Of a stretch of DNA of 39,086 bases, positions 1 to 11,891 are shown in pieces. The position numbers and the translations under genes were made by a program. The notes under the pieces are model-generated. The model was not told the origin of the DNA and made no database searches. It saw nothing but the letters and a program-made list of their open reading frames with translations. Source of the stretch: Chiloscyllium plagiosum (Eukaryota); contig NW_025215335.1 in the NCBI RefSeq assembly GCF_004010195.1, positions 62,001 to 101,086 of the forward strand. Reading direction: 5' to 3'. Positions within the stretch are counted from its first letter, which is position 1, and the number at the start of each line of letters is the position of its first letter.

Positions 1-60
1 TTGGAGTCCTGGAACACTCACATATTATGGACGAGCAGAACTGAAAACATCTGATCATAG
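1..60 (+). CDS. SYNJ1: Synaptojanin-1 exon (5'-truncated by window), end of inositol 5-phosphatase domain
   Basis: Frame from nt 2 reads [19 protein letters not shown](R), matching vertebrate SYNJ1 [22 protein letters not shown]; GT donor at 61 (phase 2). Confidence 0.93.
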
Positions 61-249
61 GTCCAGTAAACATATTTGTTATTGAAGCAATGTGAAATCT
101 AGGGTTATAGAAGCCAAATATCTGAAATAATATTCAAAGTAAAATTATTAACACTTTACTTTTGAGTTTATCAGTTGATTTCATAGGTTGGTCACCGATA
201 TATTAAACTTTTAAAAATGCATGACATGTGAATGCACTGAATGACTTCA

Positions 250-1330
250 TGTTGAAACAGAAGTTAAAGACTGGTCATTTAGCCCATTGAATTCACTCAC
301 AATGGCTTCCAAATGATCATGGCTGATTCTTTAGCTCTCGGCCATACTTTCACCATATCCCTTGACACTTTAGCTCCTGAAAAGCTATTTCTTCAATATA
401 TTCAGTGAGAACTGGAAACAACGTAGAATTCAGCCATAGAGGACCGAGAGGTTGATTTAAATGGGGAGGAAAAAAAGGAGTAAGTGTGTAAAATTGCAAG
501 GAATACAGAAGAAGTGGAACACACACTCTTCCCTATATGTAAATAGAGAAAAAGAAAGTGAAAACAAATTTGGGCCCTTACAGTCTCAAAGGGGGAGAAC
601 TAAAAATGGCAAACAAGGAAATCCCAGAGTAATTAAACTGCTACTTTCATTCTGCCTTCACAAAAGGCGGCATAAATAATTCCACAAAAATGCTTGGGTC
701 AGTTGGCAAGTGGAAATTGAAAGAAATTAGTTTTTAAAAAAAAGTGCATGAGAAATTAATGGGACTGAAAGCTTAGTAGTCCTCAAAGCCCAATCTATTT
801 GCCAGAGTGTGCAGTACTCTGCAGTTTGACCTCCTTATCCATGAAAATATACATTAGAAGGAGATGGCCATGGAAAAAGTGGATGCATTTGGTCACAATC
901 TTCTAAAATTATATAGATTCCAGAACAGGCCTAGCAAATGTAATGCCTTTATTTAAAAAGCAGTGAGAAAACCTGAAAATGCAGCTGGTTAGCTTAGTTG
1001 AGTTGTACAGAAGATGTGATAATTGTACATTTGGAGTCACTTAGTGAGGATGTGATAATTGTACATTTGGAAGATATCAATTAGATTACGTAAAGTCAAC
1101 GTAGTTTTTAATGAAAGAAAAATCATGTTTAACAAACCTAATGGATTTTTTCTGAGAATGTAATAGTAGAATCGGGGGTGGGAGAAAACTAGTGGATGCA
1201 TTTCAAAGTTTTTGATAATGTTCCACATGAAAGGTCAGCAGGCAAAATCAGAGCACATAAAATTAGTGGTACTACACAGGTATAGATTGAGAATTTATTA
1301 GCAGACAAAGTAAAGAGGGAATAAGTACAC
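250..1330. mobile_element. Degenerate CR1-type LINE fragments
   Basis: Decayed RT-like text (aaaatcatgtttaacaaaccta...gtggatg...tttcaaagtttttgataatgttccacat) on +, and a CR1 3'-end-like piece on - near 250-420. Boundaries approximate. Confidence 0.6.
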
Positions 1331-1339
1331 TAAATGTCA

Positions 1340-2150
1340 TCTGATGTACATCCCTGCTTTTATATTCCAGTCCCCTCAAGATGAATGATGTTGTATTTGC
1401 CTTCCTAACTACCTACTGAACCTGAACGTTTACCTTAAGAGTTTACCTCAGGCGGCACAGTGGCTCAGTGTTTAACACTGCTGCCTCAAATGCCAGGGAC
1501 CCAGGTTCAATTCCAGCTTTGGGCAATTGTCTGTGTAGAGTTTGCACATTCTCCCGTGTCTGCGTGGGTTTCCTCTGGGTGCACCGGTTTCCTCCCACAC
1601 TCCAAAGATGTGCAGGTCAGGTGAATTGGCCATGCTAAGTTGCCCATAGTGTTGGCTGCATTAGTCAGAGGGAAATGGGTCTGGATGGGTTACTCTTCAG
1701 AGGGTTTGTGTGGACTTGTTGGGCTGAAGGGCCTGTTTCCACACTGTAGGGAACCTAATCTAATCTGATACATAGACTAGGACTCCCAAGTCCTTTTGCA
1801 GTTCAGATTTCTGAATTTTCTTCCCATTTAGAAAATAGTCCATGCCTGTTTTCTTCCGACCTAAGTGCATGACCTCTTGCTTTCCCACGTTGTATTTCAT
1901 CTACCACTTCTTTGGCTACTCTCCTAACCCTGTCTAAATCTTTCTGCAGCAACTCCATCTCCTCAATACTACCTGTTCCGCCACCTACCCTTGTATCATC
2001 TGTAAACAGCCAGAATGCCATTGGTTCCTGCATCCAGATCATTAATATAGAAAGTGAAAAGTCATGGTCCCAACACCGACCCTTGTGGAACATCACTTAT
2101 CACCGGCTTCCATCCTGAGAAGGATTTCTTTATCCCCACTCTCTGCCTAT
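1340..2150 (-). mobile_element. CR1/HER1-type LINE ORF2 fragment, interrupted by a SINE
   Basis: Minus-strand translation gives FTDDTRVGGGTGSIEEMELLQKDLDR, typical of CR1 RT (FADDTK...LQxDLD). Confidence 0.85.
1451..1766 (+). mobile_element. HE1-like tRNA-derived V-SINE, full length
   Basis: tRNA-like head (ggcggcacagtggctcagtg...ggttcaattcc), V-domain (tgtagagtttgcacattctcccgtgtctgcgtgggtttcc), LINE-like tail (gaagggcctgtttccacactgta) and aatct repeats. Confidence 0.9.
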
Positions 2151-2558
2151 GTTGCAGTTTGCCTTTCCAGAAATAGATTTGTTTTCCTAAATGTATTGCT
2201 TCCTTGCTAATACAACGTTCCACTGACTCCAGTCACCAGCCTGTCCCTTGCCAACATTTATCTTTAGGTTCAGTGATCTTCAGTGTCTGCTTAACTTTTA
2301 AAAGACTTGTCCATTACAAGTTATGTACTTAGGGAATGGCCACACAAAAAAAAATTGCATGCAACACAACTCATCATAGTGTGCCTGTGTGGATTGGGGG
2401 GATGGTTCAAGAGAATTGACATATGCATTAATTGAATACATTAATTGCAGTTGCACGAACTGCTATTTACTGCAATCAGTCGCACAATGCTGTCTTCTTT
2501 GATTATAAGTTTATAAAGTTTTTGTACACCAATTACAGTTCAATTTTTTTTTAATTAG

Positions 2559-2774
2559 GCCTGTGGTTGCTACAGTAGACATAGACATATTTGAGGTGGA
2601 TCCTGAAGCTCGACAAAGAGTGTACAAGGAAGTTATTGCTCTCCAGGGACCACCTGATGGAACAGTGGTTACTTCACTGACCAGCTCCTCCCCAAACCAG
2701 GATCATTTTGATGATAACTTAATTGATCAACTGCTTCAGAAATTTGCTGCATATGGTGATGTTATTTTGATCAG
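2559..2774 (+). CDS. SYNJ1: Synaptojanin-1 exon, 216 nt, start of RRM-like/DUF1866 region
   Basis: T-tract then ttag| acceptor; reads (R)[36 protein letters not shown]...[10 protein letters not shown](R); donor gtaaca at 2775. Confidence 0.96.
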
Positions 2775-3177
2775 GTAACAATGAATATTTTTGTCTATAT
2801 CTTCGGCTTTTTGTTTCAATAACAAAAATAGAGTAATTATGCTGCATCGTGAAATATTATCCAGTTTGCAAGTTTCTCCTTGTGAAGTAACAGTTTATGT
2901 TCTTGATTAGTATTTATCAGTTATACTTTATGCTATTAGAAGGGCACCAATTCACATAAGAAGAACATTGTGATATAATACACATGGCTATATCAAAGTA
3001 TTGGCTGTTGCCACCCAAGACAAATGTAATGGATAAGTTCTTTCCTCTGCCAATCATCTAATCCCTCTTCTAAGTATACTGTTTCCTTGCTAGTTCAATG
3101 TTCCGCTGACACCAGTCACCATCCAGTCTCTTGTCAACGTGACTATGATAATTACTTGCTAAAAATGTGCAAACATT

Positions 3178-3790
3178 GGGCTGGATTTTACCAGCCCTTT
3201 GGGAACAAGCTGGAATGTGGGAAGGATGATGATATGGCAAACTGAGTGGTGTGCCTGTTGTCTTTTTGCCTCTATGCCTTTATTTTCATGACAGGGCAGA
3301 TGGTATATGGTCCTTCAACCCAGAATTCAATTGACCCACTTAAATTTGTGTTTTGTATACCTTTCCTACCATTTGTTTGGCAATAGGGTGTTGGCTTTTC
3401 CAGGCACGGTTTAGCTCACTGAGGGACCCCTGCCTGCACCATGGCACCAATTGTCAGCAGTGCCCTGCCTCCTTACTTGCTGGGGTCTGCCTGATTGGTC
3501 CCAAGATCTCTCAAATTCATCTGGTTGAGAGCAAATATTCATTGATGTGCTCTTCTCCAAGGTGAATTTCTGATGGTGCTACTGAATTGCTGGCCTTTTG
3601 ATTGTTTGCCAGCTCTTCAGGTAATCAACCATCCTTAAGATTAATTAATCTTAATTAGTAATCTTAATCAGTAATTATTTAATCGGCTGCCATTGGCAAA
3701 ATGTAGTCTTGGATCCTGCTGATTGTTGAAGCTGGTTCACTCCACAACTTTGCCACCAGCACTCCATCTAGCCCATAAATTTCTGGAAGG
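3178..3790. mobile_element. Possible degenerate Harbinger-type MITE
   Basis: Starts with gggctggatttt, resembling the TIR at 8475-8489; GC-richer interior; right end poorly defined. Confidence 0.35.
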
Positions 3791-4518
3791 AGTTGCTGGA
3801 AAGCAATCTACAATGGATGAGGGAATCTTTATGAAACTAAAGAAAGCTTAAGAGCTAGTGCAACAGTTGGACACAAGTGGGCATGAGCTGTCAGGAGAAT
3901 TGTAGGAATGATTTTATGCATAGACAATGGTTAAGAACCTGGAAATTTCAAGGTCCAGGGAAGAAGCTAAAGTGTTGGAATAGACCCAGTAGTTCAAGTA
4001 AAAGGAATTTGCCAACATGTGTTTCAAGTTGGATGGTTTATTTCTGAACTGTAACAGTCTCAAGTTATGTAAGTGGTAATAAGAGGTTTTCCTTTAGAAT
4101 CTGAAAGCAAGGTACTTTCTTTGGAAAAATACAGATATATTATGATTTCCAGATGTAAAATTTTCTGGTAATCTGTTAACTTCTCTATTTCAGAAATTAT
4201 TGTCTAGTCTTGCAATGGGTCAAACAATTTTAAGATATAAGTCAGCATCATACAGAGCATTTGGCACAGAGCTGCTTTAAAAAGATATAAGTAGCGCACA
4301 CAAATAAAATGTCAATGATTTCAAGACTAGATCTATATTTTGGGCTATAATGTTTCTACTGAAATGTCGGTGTTATGGTTCCAAACCAAGCTCTTGATCT
4401 CTTATTAGACCTGAATTCTCTTTATCTCCTGACTTCCTACAGAGTGCATTAATTGTTGTACCCTTTGCACTGGTATTTAGTATGTAAAATCATAAAACTC
4501 TGGTGTCCTTTGTTTCAG

Positions 4519-4597
4519 GTTTGTAGAAGATAAAATGTGGGTCACATTCTTGGAAGGTAGTTCTGCTTTATCAGTGCAGAGGTTAAACGGCACTGAA
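4519..4597 (+). CDS. SYNJ1: Synaptojanin-1 exon, 79 nt
   Basis: tgtttcag| acceptor; (R)[26 protein letters not shown]; donor gtaagt at 4598; phases match neighbours. Confidence 0.96.
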
Positions 4598-4739
4598 GTA
4601 AGTAAAAGTCCTGATCAGTATTGTAAACAGCGTTTGCTGAATATTGCTCATTTGAAGTGCTGGAAATATATTTGTCCGGCAAAGAACACGCTTCTGTCGA
4701 CTAGCTGCCCAATCCCTCTCAACAATCTAATCTTGTCCA

Positions 4740-5970
4740 TAAGACACAGGAGCAGAATTAGACCATTTGGCCCATTGAGACTGCTCTGCCATTCAATCGT
4801 GGTTGATAAGTGTCTCAACACCCTTCTCCCCATAACCTTTGGTCCCCTTATCGATCAAGAACCTAGCTATCTCTAAATAAAATACCCTCAATAACTTGAC
4901 CTCCACAGTCTTCTGTGCAATGATTCACCACCCTCTGGCTGAAGAAATTCCTCTTCATTTCAGTTCTAAAGGGTTGTCCCTTCATTGTGAGGCTGTGCCC
5001 TTCGGTCCTAGTATTTCCTATTAGTGGAAACATATTCTCCATGTCTACTCTATCCGGACCCCTAAGTTTTCCAAAAGTTTCAGTGAGATCCCTATTCAAT
5101 CTTCTAAACTCCGTTGAATACAGACCCAAAGTCCTCAACCACTCTTCACCCCTGGGATCATTCTTAAAGCACCTGTGAACCCTCTCAAAGGCTTCTTGAT
5201 ATGGGGCCCAAAATTACTCTCCATATTCCAAATACAGTGTGACCAGAGCTCTTGTATTCTGACCCTTTTGAAATGAATGCTGTTGTTGCATATGTATTCC
5301 AAACTGTCACTGAATCTGCATGTTAACCTGAACTAGGACTCTCTGTGCTTCAGATTTCTGGAACCTTACCACATTTAGAAAATAGTCTATGCCTCTGGTA
5401 CAGCAAAGAACTATACAGCCTAGGAACAAACCTTTAGCCCACAATGCCTGTGCTGACTGTGAGTTAATACGCTAATCGTCTTCTACCAAAGTGCATAACC
5501 TCACATTTTCTCACATTGTATTCCATCTTCCACATCTTTGCCCACTTGCCTAACCTGTCCAAGTCTTTCTGCAGCCTCTTTACTTTCTCAACACTATCTA
5601 TCCCTTCAACTATTTTTGTCATCTGAAAACTTAGCAACAATGACCTCAGTACCTTTTCCAGATTGTTAATGCATAACATGAATAGTTGTGATGCCAACAT
5701 TGCCCCCGTGAAGCCTTACACCTCACTGCTGTCGAGAAAAAGATCCTTTTATTCCTGCACTCTGCCAGTCAGCCAATCTTCTATCCATACTAATACTTTG
5801 TCCTTAGCTCCTTGGTCTGTTATCTATCTTAGCCTTCTGTATAGCATCTTGTTACGTCCACAGTTACTGGCTCTCCTTTGTCTAATTTGGTCAAGACCTC
5901 CTCAAAGACTTCTAACTGATGTCATGCATGACCCCCCCACTCCCCCCTTGATGAAGCCATACTGACTCAG
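4740..5970 (-). mobile_element. CR1/HER1-type LINE 3' fragment
   Basis: Minus-strand ORFs LGLYSTEFRRLNRDL...FRTEMKRNFFSQRVVN and RLQKDLDRLGKWAKMWKMEYNVRKCEVMHFG are CR1 ORF2 C-terminal motifs. Confidence 0.9.
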
Positions 5971-6223
5971 GTCTATAATACCACTGGAAGTGAATTGTAG
6001 AACTTAGGACCCAGCAAGATGAATGATTCCCACCAACAGTAAATTAATCATGGTTAGGGATTGCAAGATGTCAAAGCTTGAGGAATGTCGAGATTTCAGG
6101 AATACAGAGCTAGAAGCATCACAGAGATAGAAAAGTTGAATATTTGGAGTTTTGAAATCAAAATATTGACAGATGAAAGGATCTAATACAGGTCAGCGAG
6201 AATGGGGTGATTGGTAAATAGGA

Positions 6224-6384
6224 TCAAGTGTGTGGTGCTGGAAAAGTACCTGAGTCATTCCTGATGAAGGGCTTATGCCCGAAACGTCAATTCTTCTGCT
6301 CCTCGGATGCTGCCTGACTGGCTGTGCTTTTCCAACACCACACTCTCGACTCTGATCTCCGCATCTGCAGTCCTCACTTTCTCC
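6224..6384 (+). mobile_element. Penelope-type fold-back element (family A) with hammerhead-like core
   Basis: 16-bp TSD tgattggtaaatagga (6208-6223, 6385-6400); short inverted arm; CTGATGA-A-GGGCttatGCCC-GAAACGTC at 6261-6288. Confidence 0.85.
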
Positions 6385-6575
6385 TGATTGGTAAATAGGA
6401 CTTGGATTGCAGTAAAAACCCAACTAGGTCATCAATGTGCCTTTAGGAAAAGAAACCTGTTCTTCTTACTCAGTTTGATCCAAACTTGACTCTAGTCCCA
6501 CATCAAGTTTGATCTTTAACAACTCTTGGCAAAACACGAGACAGGGTCTTTATAGGGATCTAAGTGATTTGGGCT

Positions 6576-8489
6576 GTGCAGGATTTATGGCAGAATCATA
6601 AAAGTTCAGCAAAGCCTATCTCAACATCAGGAACAGCTCACTGCGTCTTTTATGCATTTGCTGAACAGGGAGGCAAGTTTCTTGTTCAGCAGAAGTGAGT
6701 TGCCATGTTAAAGGTGCTAATGGCTTGTCAAATGCTTTATTAATGCTCATCTCATTAAGATTCAGTTTCCCGGACTACCAAACATGTTGAATAAATTAGA
6801 CATTAAGAATTTTTGATATGGAAGTCAGTGATAATGTGGCAACTCCAGCTCAGTGCTGGCTGCGTGGAGCTCAACATCAAACACATTTCAGGGTTGCCCG
6901 ATTGTTATCTTATCACCCACTCGCTTATCGCCTACCTGTATGCTTGCAGCATCCACACCTTGGTTTTCTTTGGCATGCCATGCGTGTTAGCACATTAGTA
7001 CTTCACATGGTGTGTGGAGTCAGTGCCATTTTGGTGAAAGTGCAAGATCTAAGTCATCTGGATGCTAGGACATTGCAGGGACAAAAACATGATGCATATA
7101 TTTGCAGACTCCGGCGATATTTCATTTGTCATAATTTATTGACACATCTGCAATTCATACAAGTAATTTGGGAGTCAAGAATAGTTTGCACTTCGCCATG
7201 TTCAAATCTAATACTCTGAAGTTACCTGCCATGACTTGAAAGGAGGAGAATACTAACTATAAAACTGTCCCACCACTTGTGGAACTTATGAGAGTACTGT
7301 GGGAGAAGGAATATATAGTTCATCATAAGTATGAAGATGGACTTTTCTGTTCTTCAGTGACAAGTTTCATGGTTGATGAGAATCTGGGATAGGAAATGAT
7401 TCAGAGCACACCAAGTGTTCCCTTTTTGGTGTCATTTGGTCAGTCAGCTGGCACAATACTTTTACCAAGTTGGTGTACATGCTCTGACCAGGGCTATGAT
7501 GGAGCAGATGATGGGGCTGAGGGTGCAATTCTACTTCTCAAATCAGACTTAGGTGGTGCATCTCGAATAATCAAGATGGTGTGCTGTACCATTCTTGTGT
7601 GCTGTGCACTGCACATCTGCAGTGGGCAACGATGCAATGTGATGTACGTGGAGGAGTCAGGAGCAGCCTTCTCAGGAGCAGGACGAGGACATTGAGCTGG
7701 AGAAAGCTTCTTGTGGTGCTACAAGACAGACACTATGTTCCAGTAGATGCAAACTGGGCACAGAAGATGGCTTGATGGATCGAATGACTTACTCCTGTTA
7801 CTATTCCTTATGGTCTTAAGATCATCTTGGAATTATAGGCAGTAGTTATTCATCATACCGGCATTTGATTTGCACTGTGACCACAAATTGCAGCTTCTAC
7901 TCATTCCTTCCATGTTCATTTTTACTGGCTGTTAATGGAAGCTCATGTTTGGGCTGTCTGATTGGTATGTGATGTTCCTCTACAGGACGCTGATAAGATT
8001 TAGGTGTCCAATGGGCTTTGAGAGTAGAGTAGCTCTGACTTCGAGATGCTGTTTAGATGGGATGTAACTAAGGACAGATAAATTGTGATATGGTGAGAGG
8101 ATGAGTTCATATGCATGAGTAAAGTGTCAGCCATGCTGGCTGCATTTTGTGAGCAGTGTGCTTTTGTGACTGTTAAAAATTATGTCGCTGATGAGGAACA
8201 ATGCCAGTTTGCTAATGCTTGTTCTGATGCAACATGGCTTTTGAAAGATGGTACAAGTACAAGAGTCTTTTGCCGGATATCCACTGAGTGGTGCATTGTT
8301 CTGGGGGAAACACATGCTTAAATGGGACTAGAAATGGACCGTGCTGGATGCCATGGGTGGGGCAGGTAGTTAAGATATGCTGGATAAGAGACAGTGAGAA
8401 GGTGAGAAAGCTCACTGGAGTTCACAGTGAGTATCCCTCCAAAAATTGACACAACATGCACTTATCTGAAAAAGCATAAGATTCAGCCC
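6576..8489 (+). mobile_element. Decayed PIF/Harbinger DNA transposon
   Basis: Frameshifted transposase-like motifs in the correct order: HLDARTLQGQKHDAYI (~7055-7105), TRAMMEQMMGL (~7485-7520), DLGGA...TILVCCALH (~7545-7615); imperfect TIRs 6576-6589 and 8475-8489. Confidence 0.65.
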
Positions 8490-9877
8490 AGTCACTCCTT
8501 ACTAGTCTGCTTACCAAGACTTTCACCGGATCTGTTAGTCGTGCGATCACTTTTTTCTATTTTGTCACATACTGCATTTGTTGTTTTGCGTGTGTGTAGC
8601 CCCAGTTGCAACTTTATCTGGTTTTCTAATGCATGATGAGCATGCTGAGAGCTGTATTTACATTCTTTACTGAACTAGTTTTACAATGAGGTGCAGGTAG
8701 TGTGGTCCTAGAGGTCTCAGTCTGTGGTGGTTTCTGTTAGCTTTCTGGTTTCAGACCTTACTACTACATCAACATTCTTGAAGGTCTTTAGAGTGTTCGC
8801 CTTGGCTGAATGACTCCTGTCCTTAGGTTGGAAAGTCTTTGCTTCAAATCCCATTGGGGGGAGCGCAGGTATTAGTGGGTGGTAAGGCAGCTCGGACTCT
8901 CTTTCAGTTATCTTTTTATTCATAAACTATTTGCAGGATTGTGGTGACTGTTGAAGCTTTTTGCTGTATTTTACTGTATAATTTGCTGTAAAGTGCAAGT
9001 GACAATAAGTAAATCATTCATCATTCATTCAAGTTGACACTAATGAGTATGAACATTTTATGGAAACTGATAGAAATAAGAGAAATCTGAATCTACTTGC
9101 ACTTTGATGCAAATATTTCATGGAATTTGACTACTCTGCCATTTCTGCATATTAACTGTAAAATTCTAGCCTTCAGTTTGAAGTTTCAAATCTCTTCTTG
9201 CACTTTTATTTTATTTCAGAGCATTACAGCTCATGTTAACCAGTTAAAGTGTTACAGTCAGCCGAGATATTTGTTTAGACTTTAATATTGGATTTTTATA
9301 ATTTTAGTGATGAAGTTTAAACATTTGGTCCATTTCCAGACTGCAAGGCTTTCTCTTTTTGGACACACTGTCATGTACAATGATTGGAGCCCACTGATTG
9401 CCTGTGCAGGGTTTGGGGGAGCCTCTTAGTGCTTCTGAATAAGTTTCTTTCTAAAGCTTTGTTGATGGAGGATTGGCAAGCAAATAAATGAATTTGTGCA
9501 GTAACTGGAAAGCAGCGGGAGAAATAACAAAGTTCAATGGGAGAGATGTAGCCATGGAGAGAAGGCAAGAGAGGAATGCAGAACTTGGTGTAGGTAGAGA
9601 GGAGCAGAAATAAAAATATGGAAGCATTTATCAAGTGAAAGTAGAAAGCAACAAGGAAAGAGGATTAGAGACTTGGAGTAAGCCCCTATAAGAAGATTTC
9701 TATACAAGTACAGGACTTTCATGTAGTCTCAGAAGAATAGTGAATTCAATAATCAACTGAATCTTGCCTGAGTACCAACAGATTAAAGTGACTTAGTTGA
9801 TGATCCTTTGCAGAATTACTGAAACATGTCCGGATCGAATGATTTTGTGTTGGGGGGGATAATAAATGTCATTGCAG

Positions 9878-10040
9878 GTTTTGGGCAGGACACTCCACAT
9901 TTGCCTGAAGAATCCAGATTGGACCACTAAATTAGAGGAAGAGATGAGTCTGGAAAGAAGTGGTCTTGGTTTACCAGTCTCGACTAGTTCCATGCTGCTT
10001 GGAGAGGATACAGAAGTTACTGCTGACTATGATATGGAAG
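9878..10040 (+). CDS. SYNJ1: Synaptojanin-1 exon, 163 nt
   Basis: ttgcag| acceptor; [54 protein letters not shown](G); donor gtatgt at 10041. Confidence 0.95.
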
Positions 10041-10247
10041 GTATGTTATTGAGCATAGGGTTGGTTTGCATGTAATGCACGATTTGCAATTTTAATATTC
10101 AATAGCTTGTAGCAAAATGATTTGACTGTGATTAAATCAATCCATAAGCAAAGATCTGTCAAATGATTGAATTGGGCACAAAAATAAATTGCTGGCAGTA
10201 TTTGCAGCTAATTCTTCTAATGTCATTTATAAGTGAAATTGTTTGAA

Positions 10248-10432
10248 AATGAAGGAGCAAATTACTGCAGATGCTGGACTCCACTGAAAATAAGGATTGC
10301 AGATCGCAGTAGATCAGGCAGCATCCATCAGAAGAAAGTAGGCTGATGAAAAATCATCTAGACTCCAATGTTGGCTTGCTTTCTCTTCATGGATGCTGCC
10401 TGCCCGTTGTGATCTCCAGAATTTTGTTTTCA
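10248..10432. mobile_element. Old fold-back element of the same class
   Basis: Inverted arms caggcagcatccat / atggatgctgcctg around a decayed core CTGATGA...tcatctagactc (10343). Confidence 0.65.
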
Positions 10433-10659
10433 AATGATATTTGATGAATAAATGTAGTTTGGCTATTCTACGCAACTTAGAAATAGAGGTCTACAATTAA
10501 TTAACATTCAACGAAATATTCACTTTGCAATTTTGTCAAGTAATTCTGCCTTGAATGATAAACTCATTAAACAAAGTAAAGGTAAAGATTGGTATAAACT
10601 TAAAGAATTTGTTACGAATTTGTGTTTCTCATCAGGTATCTCATACTGTTTTAATACAG

Positions 10660-10875
10660 GGGATGTGGATGATTATAGTGCTGACGTAGATGAAATTCCT
10701 CAGCATTTGCAGCCTGTCTCTGGTTCAGGTTCAGGTACCTCTCCTGCTTCAACTCCAAGGACAAGTCCATGTCCATCTCCCACAATACCAGAGATGCCTC
10801 TACCAACACTGCCGAGTAGACCAAGTAGAGCAGCCTCCAGAACAGTTGCAGTTCAACAAGAGCAGCCTCAACAAG
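10660..10875 (+). CDS. SYNJ1: Synaptojanin-1 exon, 216 nt, start of proline-rich domain
   Basis: atacag| acceptor; (G)[18 protein letters not shown]...SPRTSPC-like [11 protein letters not shown]...LPSRPSR (PxRPxR amphiphysin-SH3 type motif); donor gtaatg at 10876. Confidence 0.94.
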
Positions 10876-11269
10876 GTAATGGTTTTCTATGAATATAAAT
10901 AGTAAATTCAGAAATAAAGAACATTCACTGAATCCAGGCAAGTCCACCTCTGTCAAATCTTGCTGCAATCTCTGCATTTCTAAAGTGACTAAACTTTTAA
11001 GACTGCCTTTGTATATCTAATAATTTGATGTCTGTTTGAGTTGGTATGAATTGTATTTTAAATGCAAATACCTTTTATAGGTCACCCACAAGAAAGAGTG
11101 ATAAATTAAGTTCAAAGAAAATGAATGGGAAAAAAGGTGTCTGTCCAATAGCTTGTTTAAAATAATGAAGTGTAATGAGGAAAAATTGGTCAGTTTGGAT
11201 GACTTCAACAAATGTAAAAATCATATTTTTAATGGTGTATTCAACTTGCTAAATTTTTAGGCATCACAA

Positions 11270-11592
11270 GCCCTAGTGTTTTATTGCTAGACTGAATTCA
11301 GAGAAGAAAGTAATGTTTGAGAAACCTGGATTTGAATTCTGCCATGGCAGTTGGTGGAATTTGAACTTAATTTTAAAAATTAATGATGACCGTGAAACTG
11401 TCCACTGTCAGAGAAAACCCATCTGGTTCATTGCTTTGCTTTAGAGAAGAAAATCTGTCCTTGAACAGTCTGGCCTATGTGTGACTCCAGACCCACAACA
11501 ATGTGATGGACTCTTCACTGCCTGCTAGAAAATTAGGGACAGACAATAAATGTGATCTAGCCAGTGATATTCAACTTGTGAATGAATTAAAA
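11270..11592 (+). mobile_element. Second SINE family copy
   Basis: B-box-like ggatttgaattc, core gtgactccagacccacaacaatgtg; a reverse-complement copy lies at ~37175-37490. Confidence 0.65.
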
Positions 11593-11756
11593 TGCAAACC
11601 AAAAAATCTCAATATGAGAAAGTTGTCATATTTGATTGTTGTCTGCTGTGATTGGCTTAATTACTTATAGTGTGCTATTTGATCCATTGCTCGACCTGTT
11701 ATGTCATTCTTTTCTACAAGTTTGGTCATGTTATCTTAATTTCTTTTTGAAAACAG

Positions 11757-11891
11757 ACACTTCAGAGTTCCAGCAAGTATCAGCGCACAAGGAAGGTAGT
11801 CAAACCCTAGAACCAAAGCGGCCACCTCCACCACGTCCTGCAGTCCCTCCTTCAAGACCTGCTCCTCCACAAAGGCCACCACCCCCGTCAG
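11757..11891 (+). CDS. SYNJ1: Synaptojanin-1 exon, 135 nt, proline-rich
   Basis: aaacag| acceptor; (D)[44 protein letters not shown](G), containing the endophilin-binding PKRPPPPR; donor gtagat at 11892. Confidence 0.95.

Noticed and set aside
61..66. Atypical donor GTCCAG as a sign of a wrong boundary
   Set aside because: The phase and the SDHR|PV motif join exactly with 2559; it is a weak but canonical GT donor.
1451..1520. tRNA gene
   Set aside because: The A/B-box-like head continues into SINE body and tail; the same applies at 24419.
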